DNA from: a virus
Lineage: Duplodnaviria > Heunggongvirae > Uroviricota > Caudoviricetes
Length of the DNA stretch: 28,858 nucleotides
Reading direction: 5' to 3' (one strand)
IMG/VR virus record: IMGVR_UViG_3300024272_000021
A program made the position numbers and the translations under genes. Within the stretch, counting starts at the first letter, position 1, and each line of letters opens with the position of its first letter. Below are positions 25,381 through 28,858 of the stretch, one piece after another. Under the pieces are notes generated by a model that saw only the letters and a list, made by a program, of their open reading frames with translations, was not told the DNA's origin and did no database searches.

Positions 25381-27348
25381 TTGGCAAAGCAAAAAAAGTT
25401 GCAACAATATGTCTTTAAGATAAATTCTACTCTATTGCGAAAGAACAATTGGAATCTGGACTTGCCGCTAAACAGAGCTAGAAACACAACAGGACTTGTT
25501 GTTGCGTTGGCGGATTCTCAAATTTTATCTTGGATCAATGAATTAAACGGCACTGCCGATTATGATATACAAGCAAAAGAAATCAAGCGCCAAATTAAAG
25601 AGGTTAAGAAACAACCAGTAAATAAAAATAATAGGGCCAAGATTTCAAACTTGTATAAACAACTATATAGACTTCAGTTCAAAGAAGACTATCTGTGTGT
25701 CATAATGGATAAAAAATCAGATTATGACCGCGCCAATCAAGGGTTTTATGTTAATGGAATCAAATATCTGCGACTCTTATGTACTACCGGAGGTGTTAAA
25801 ACCTCTACCGTAGTGTATGTGAGTGAAAAACTTCATGCCGAACTTAAGAAACGTATTGAGAATGGTAAAAATAATGATGTACCTTTAGTCCCTGCTAAAT
25901 TGGGTGCATACGAAGCTCTAGCTGCCAGTGGATCGTTGGAAGTAAGCTGGCCCAAGGACAAATATGCTCCAATTCCTGGCGGCGTAATAGTTATAAAGGA
26001 TGCATTTACCGAATTTTATGCTGACTTGATCAACATTGATGATAGTGATCGCTCTCAAGAACCTATTGTGCAGTTTGCGCCAAACCAATTAGTTAACAAT
26101 GACTGTTCAGATGGATGCTCCATGATGCTTCCTTCTCTGTCAAGACGTTGGAATGGTGAACTGAATGATGATTACGAGCATACAATGAGCGGCTGCAACC
26201 TACGCTGTGCATGGACCAAGGGTATGACTTTTACGTTCGACTACATAAAATTTGCAGAAGAAGTTGTCGGCGCCTCGGACGATTGTCCCGAAAAGTATTT
26301 TATTACAGATATTTGGGGTCAACAGAGAGACATTAGGGATTCTGAGCTAATTATAACGGAGAGTCAATTAAAACTCTGGAACTGTTATGATTCTTGGGAG
26401 GATTATTATAATAAATGTCTTGAAAATAAGTATACGCTTAGGATTGCAAAGACTGCGCCGCATGAAGTAGATAATGTTAGACAGTTAAACTACCAATTTA
26501 TCCAGTCTTTAAACCTTTCAGATGATGATATTCAGGAGCTTATCGCCCCTACTGTTAACGAGATTAAGGATACTTTAGGTTTAGATCCTAAGAAGAGTCT
26601 CGTGTATATGTGCGGTAAGAATCTTAGGGCTGAGAATATTCAGTATGCAGACGCCGCCGCTAGAGCGCTAATGGCTAATCCAGACACCATAAAAGACCCA
26701 TATATTCGCAATAGGATCAAAAAAATGATTAATAAACGCATTAGAGAGGCAAAAATTGGTGTTCTTGATGTATGCGGCAACTTCCAAATCATATCTGGTG
26801 ATATATACGCGCTATGCGAGAGCATGTTTGGTCTTGAGGTGCGAGGGCTGCTTAAAGCAGGAGAAATTTATAGCAAATACTGGAAAGATAGCGGTGTAAA
26901 ACGTGTAATGTGCGCCAGAGCACCAATGAGTAATGAGCATTCACTGGTTTCTCAGGACATTTGTTACGATGATAGAGCAGAATATTGGTTCGAATACATG
27001 GATACGGTAGCTGTTGTTAACGCTTGGGATACGATGCCAATGGCTCTGAATGGTTTTGATTTTGATGGAGATTTGCTATTTACTACTGATAGTGCGCCTC
27101 TACTCAAGAACCAGAAGAATTTACCAGCCCTAAACTGTATCCAGTATAAAGCCTCCAAGAAGGTTGTGACCGAAGAAGATGTTATTAAGGCCAATAAGAA
27201 TGGCTTTGGTAGTAAGATTGGAAGTATCACTAATAGAATTACGGCAATCACTTCTTTGATGGCAAATTATGAGCCTGGAAGTGTGGAATATGAGACTTTA
27301 AGGTATAGAACGCAGTGTGGACAAGCGCTGCAGCAAGAGGAAATCGAT
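25381..27348 (+). CDS. yonO: YonO-like single-subunit (double-psi beta-barrel) RNA polymerase, exon 1
   Basis: TTG start; RAPM and catalytic NGFDFDGD motif; exon ends ...QQEEID at U27348. Confidence 0.85.
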
Positions 27349-27487
27349 TGAATTACAGTCGCTTTGCATGGTGACATGCATCGAATAATGTGGTGAACCT
27401 ATAAATATAGGGTGTCAATTCAGTGTTTAATAGTATCAGGAAATGGGTATTAATGAATTGGCTAACTGGGAAAAACTAAGTGTGTGT

Positions 27488-27505
27488 TAACAGTACAAAA
27501 TTAAT
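27488..27505 (+). promoter_or_regulatory. Recurrent 18-bp motif TAACAGTACAAAATTAAT (representative copy)
   Basis: Other copies at 1403-1420, 4112-4128, 7478-7495 and 16301-16318 (minus); 18303-18320, 18984-19001, 19132-19149 and 25345-25362 (plus). Confidence 0.7.
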
Positions 27506-27523
27506 GAAGAAAGGAGGAGCAAT

Positions 27524-28195
27524 ATGCTAAAGAGAGATGACAATATTTATTCTAGAATTGGTATTTATGGAATTAGAAATTTGATTAACGGAAAAATTTA
27601 TGTTGGTAAAACTGGCATGAACTTTGGAGATAGATGGGATTCGCATCGTTCATTGTTGAACAACGGCAAGCATGATAATCCACATTTGCAAAGAGCTTGG
27701 GATAAATACGGCCAAGATAACTTTGAGTTTATAGTAATTGAGGATTGTAGCATTGATGAGCTAAGTGATCGAGAAAAGTATTATATTAAGCTATATAAGG
27801 ATATGGGACTTGCCTACAACATTCATGATGGTGGAGATGAAGGATATAATCTTGGCAAGCATCTGTCTGACGAAACAAAGCGTAAAATAGGCGAGAAAAA
27901 TAGAATTAATGGTATCGGAAGAAAAGCATCAGACGAAACCAAAGAAAAAATGTCGAAATCTCACACAGGAATGAAGTACGCTGCGATGAGTGAAGAAGGA
28001 AGAAAGAATATTCAACAAGCTCAGCAAAAGTATTTTGAGAACAATCCTAAAAAGCTTTGCGTAGACGATGTGATTGAAATTAGAAAATTGCACCAAGACG
28101 GGCTTAGCTATTCCGAAATTTCAAGAAAATTCAACGTTACTCATCAATGCATAAGCGATATTTGTAATTATAAAAGATGGAAACAGGTACCATAA
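27524..28195 (+). CDS. Intron-encoded GIY-YIG homing endonuclease with NUMOD3 repeats and C-terminal HTH
   Basis: GIYGIRNLINGKIYVGKT, HLSDETKRKI, SDETKEKMSKSH; AGGAGG RBS. Confidence 0.93.
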   Translation: MLKRDDNIYSRIGIYGIRNLINGKIYVGKTGMNFGDRWDSHRSLLNNGKHDNPHLQRAWDKYGQDNFEFIVIEDCSIDELSDREKYYIKLYKDMGLAYNIHDGGDEGYNLGKHLSDETKRKIGEKNRINGIGRKASDETKEKMSKSHTGMKYAAMSEEGRKNIQQAQQKYFENNPKKLCVDDVIEIRKLHQDGLSYSEISRKFNVTHQCISDICNYKRWKQVP

Positions 28196-28375
28196 ACAAA
28201 CACACATATGTTAATCCAGTGCGAAGCTTGCACAAACAAGAACGTCAAACGACTATCCCGCAAGGGAGTACATTTGAGGTGAAATTCCTCATTTGGAAGT
28301 GCCACACGGCTCATTTTGAGTCGAAGATATAGTCTACTCCCCTATTAAAATATCGGGAAACCGAGGGTATAAAGG

Positions 28376-28858
28376 AAAGCAAAGGGTATTTTGCCCAATC
28401 CAATGCCGAAAAGTTGGTACATTTTTAGTGAAAATATCATAAAAGACGACGATTCTGACGAAATTAAGGCTCAAAAAACACTCAATCAGAGGCTCTGCGC
28501 CGCTAAAAAACCTTACTTTTTCGGCTATAATTACACTACTTTGAAGCAGGAATACGACGCTTATGTGCGCGATACAGATGAACATATTCAGAGTATAACG
28601 GGTAAAAGTATACGTGATTTGCTTAAAAATGATGGAAAATTGGCCGAAAATGAGCAAAAAATCCTTGATTTTTATAAAAAACGCCTTCCTTTGGACGTTT
28701 CTCCATCTACCATGAATCGAATTTGCTGGGCTATTGAAGACGAATTTGACGGCGTTGAGGTTGTTGAGAATGCCGTTTTCGACTATTCTATTTATAAAAG
28801 TGGTATCGAATATTCTTCTGAGGATTACGAGCTTATAAAACTGAAGTGTAAGGCATAT
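28376..28858 (+). CDS. yonO: YonO-like RNA polymerase, exon 2 (partial, runs off right edge)
   Basis: 161 open codons KAKGILPNPMPKSW...KKPYFF...MNRICW; not in the ORF track. Confidence 0.88.

Larger units (their letters stand above)
27349..28375 (+). mobile_element. Group I intron (phage IA2-like), 1027 nt
   Basis: 5' splice site after U27348 (P1 with GUCGCUUU 27358-27365, U.G pair); P3 UGUGG 27389-27393/CCACA 28302-28306; P7 GACUA 28251-28255/UAGUC 28330-28334; P7.1, P7.2 and P8 hairpins; terminal G28375; splicing restores EID|KAKG in frame. Confidence 0.92.

Noticed and set aside
27349-27351. TGA ending the RNAP ORF as a pseudogene or stop-codon recoding
   Set aside because: It is the 5' end of a group I intron; splicing restores the frame
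28334-28657. Minus-strand 107-aa ORF
   Set aside because: Antisense to RNAP exon 2 and the intron 3' end
1-28858. tRNA or rRNA genes
   Set aside because: No cloverleaf with T-loop GTTCRA/D-loop signatures recognised by eye; tRNAscan was not run

Overview
This is a gene-dense, low-GC segment of a large Bacillota (Clostridia-like) phage or prophage genome with two divergent arms. The left arm (about 1-17.8 kb, minus strand) is an early-type array of small genes. It begins with a roughly 760-nt, highly self-complementary non-coding leader and includes a type-P1 twister ribozyme, three copies of a conserved-base long hairpin, and DUF932, DUF4313 and DpnD/PcfM-like genes. It ends in a reverse transcriptase (YSDD) that runs off the left edge and is absent from the ORF track. 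The switch region (17.8-19 kb) has divergent sigma70-type promoters, a C/A-skewed repeat tract, and an HTH gene followed by iteron-like and AT-rich repeats (candidate origin). The right arm (plus strand) has two YopX-family genes, many small phage hypotheticals and a YonO-like single-subunit RNA polymerase (DFDGD) split by a group I intron carrying a GIY-YIG homing endonuclease. An 18-bp motif, TAACARTACAAAATTAAT, recurs at gene boundaries on both arms, always in the direction of transcription. All calls come from reading the sequence; no database searches or folding programs were run.
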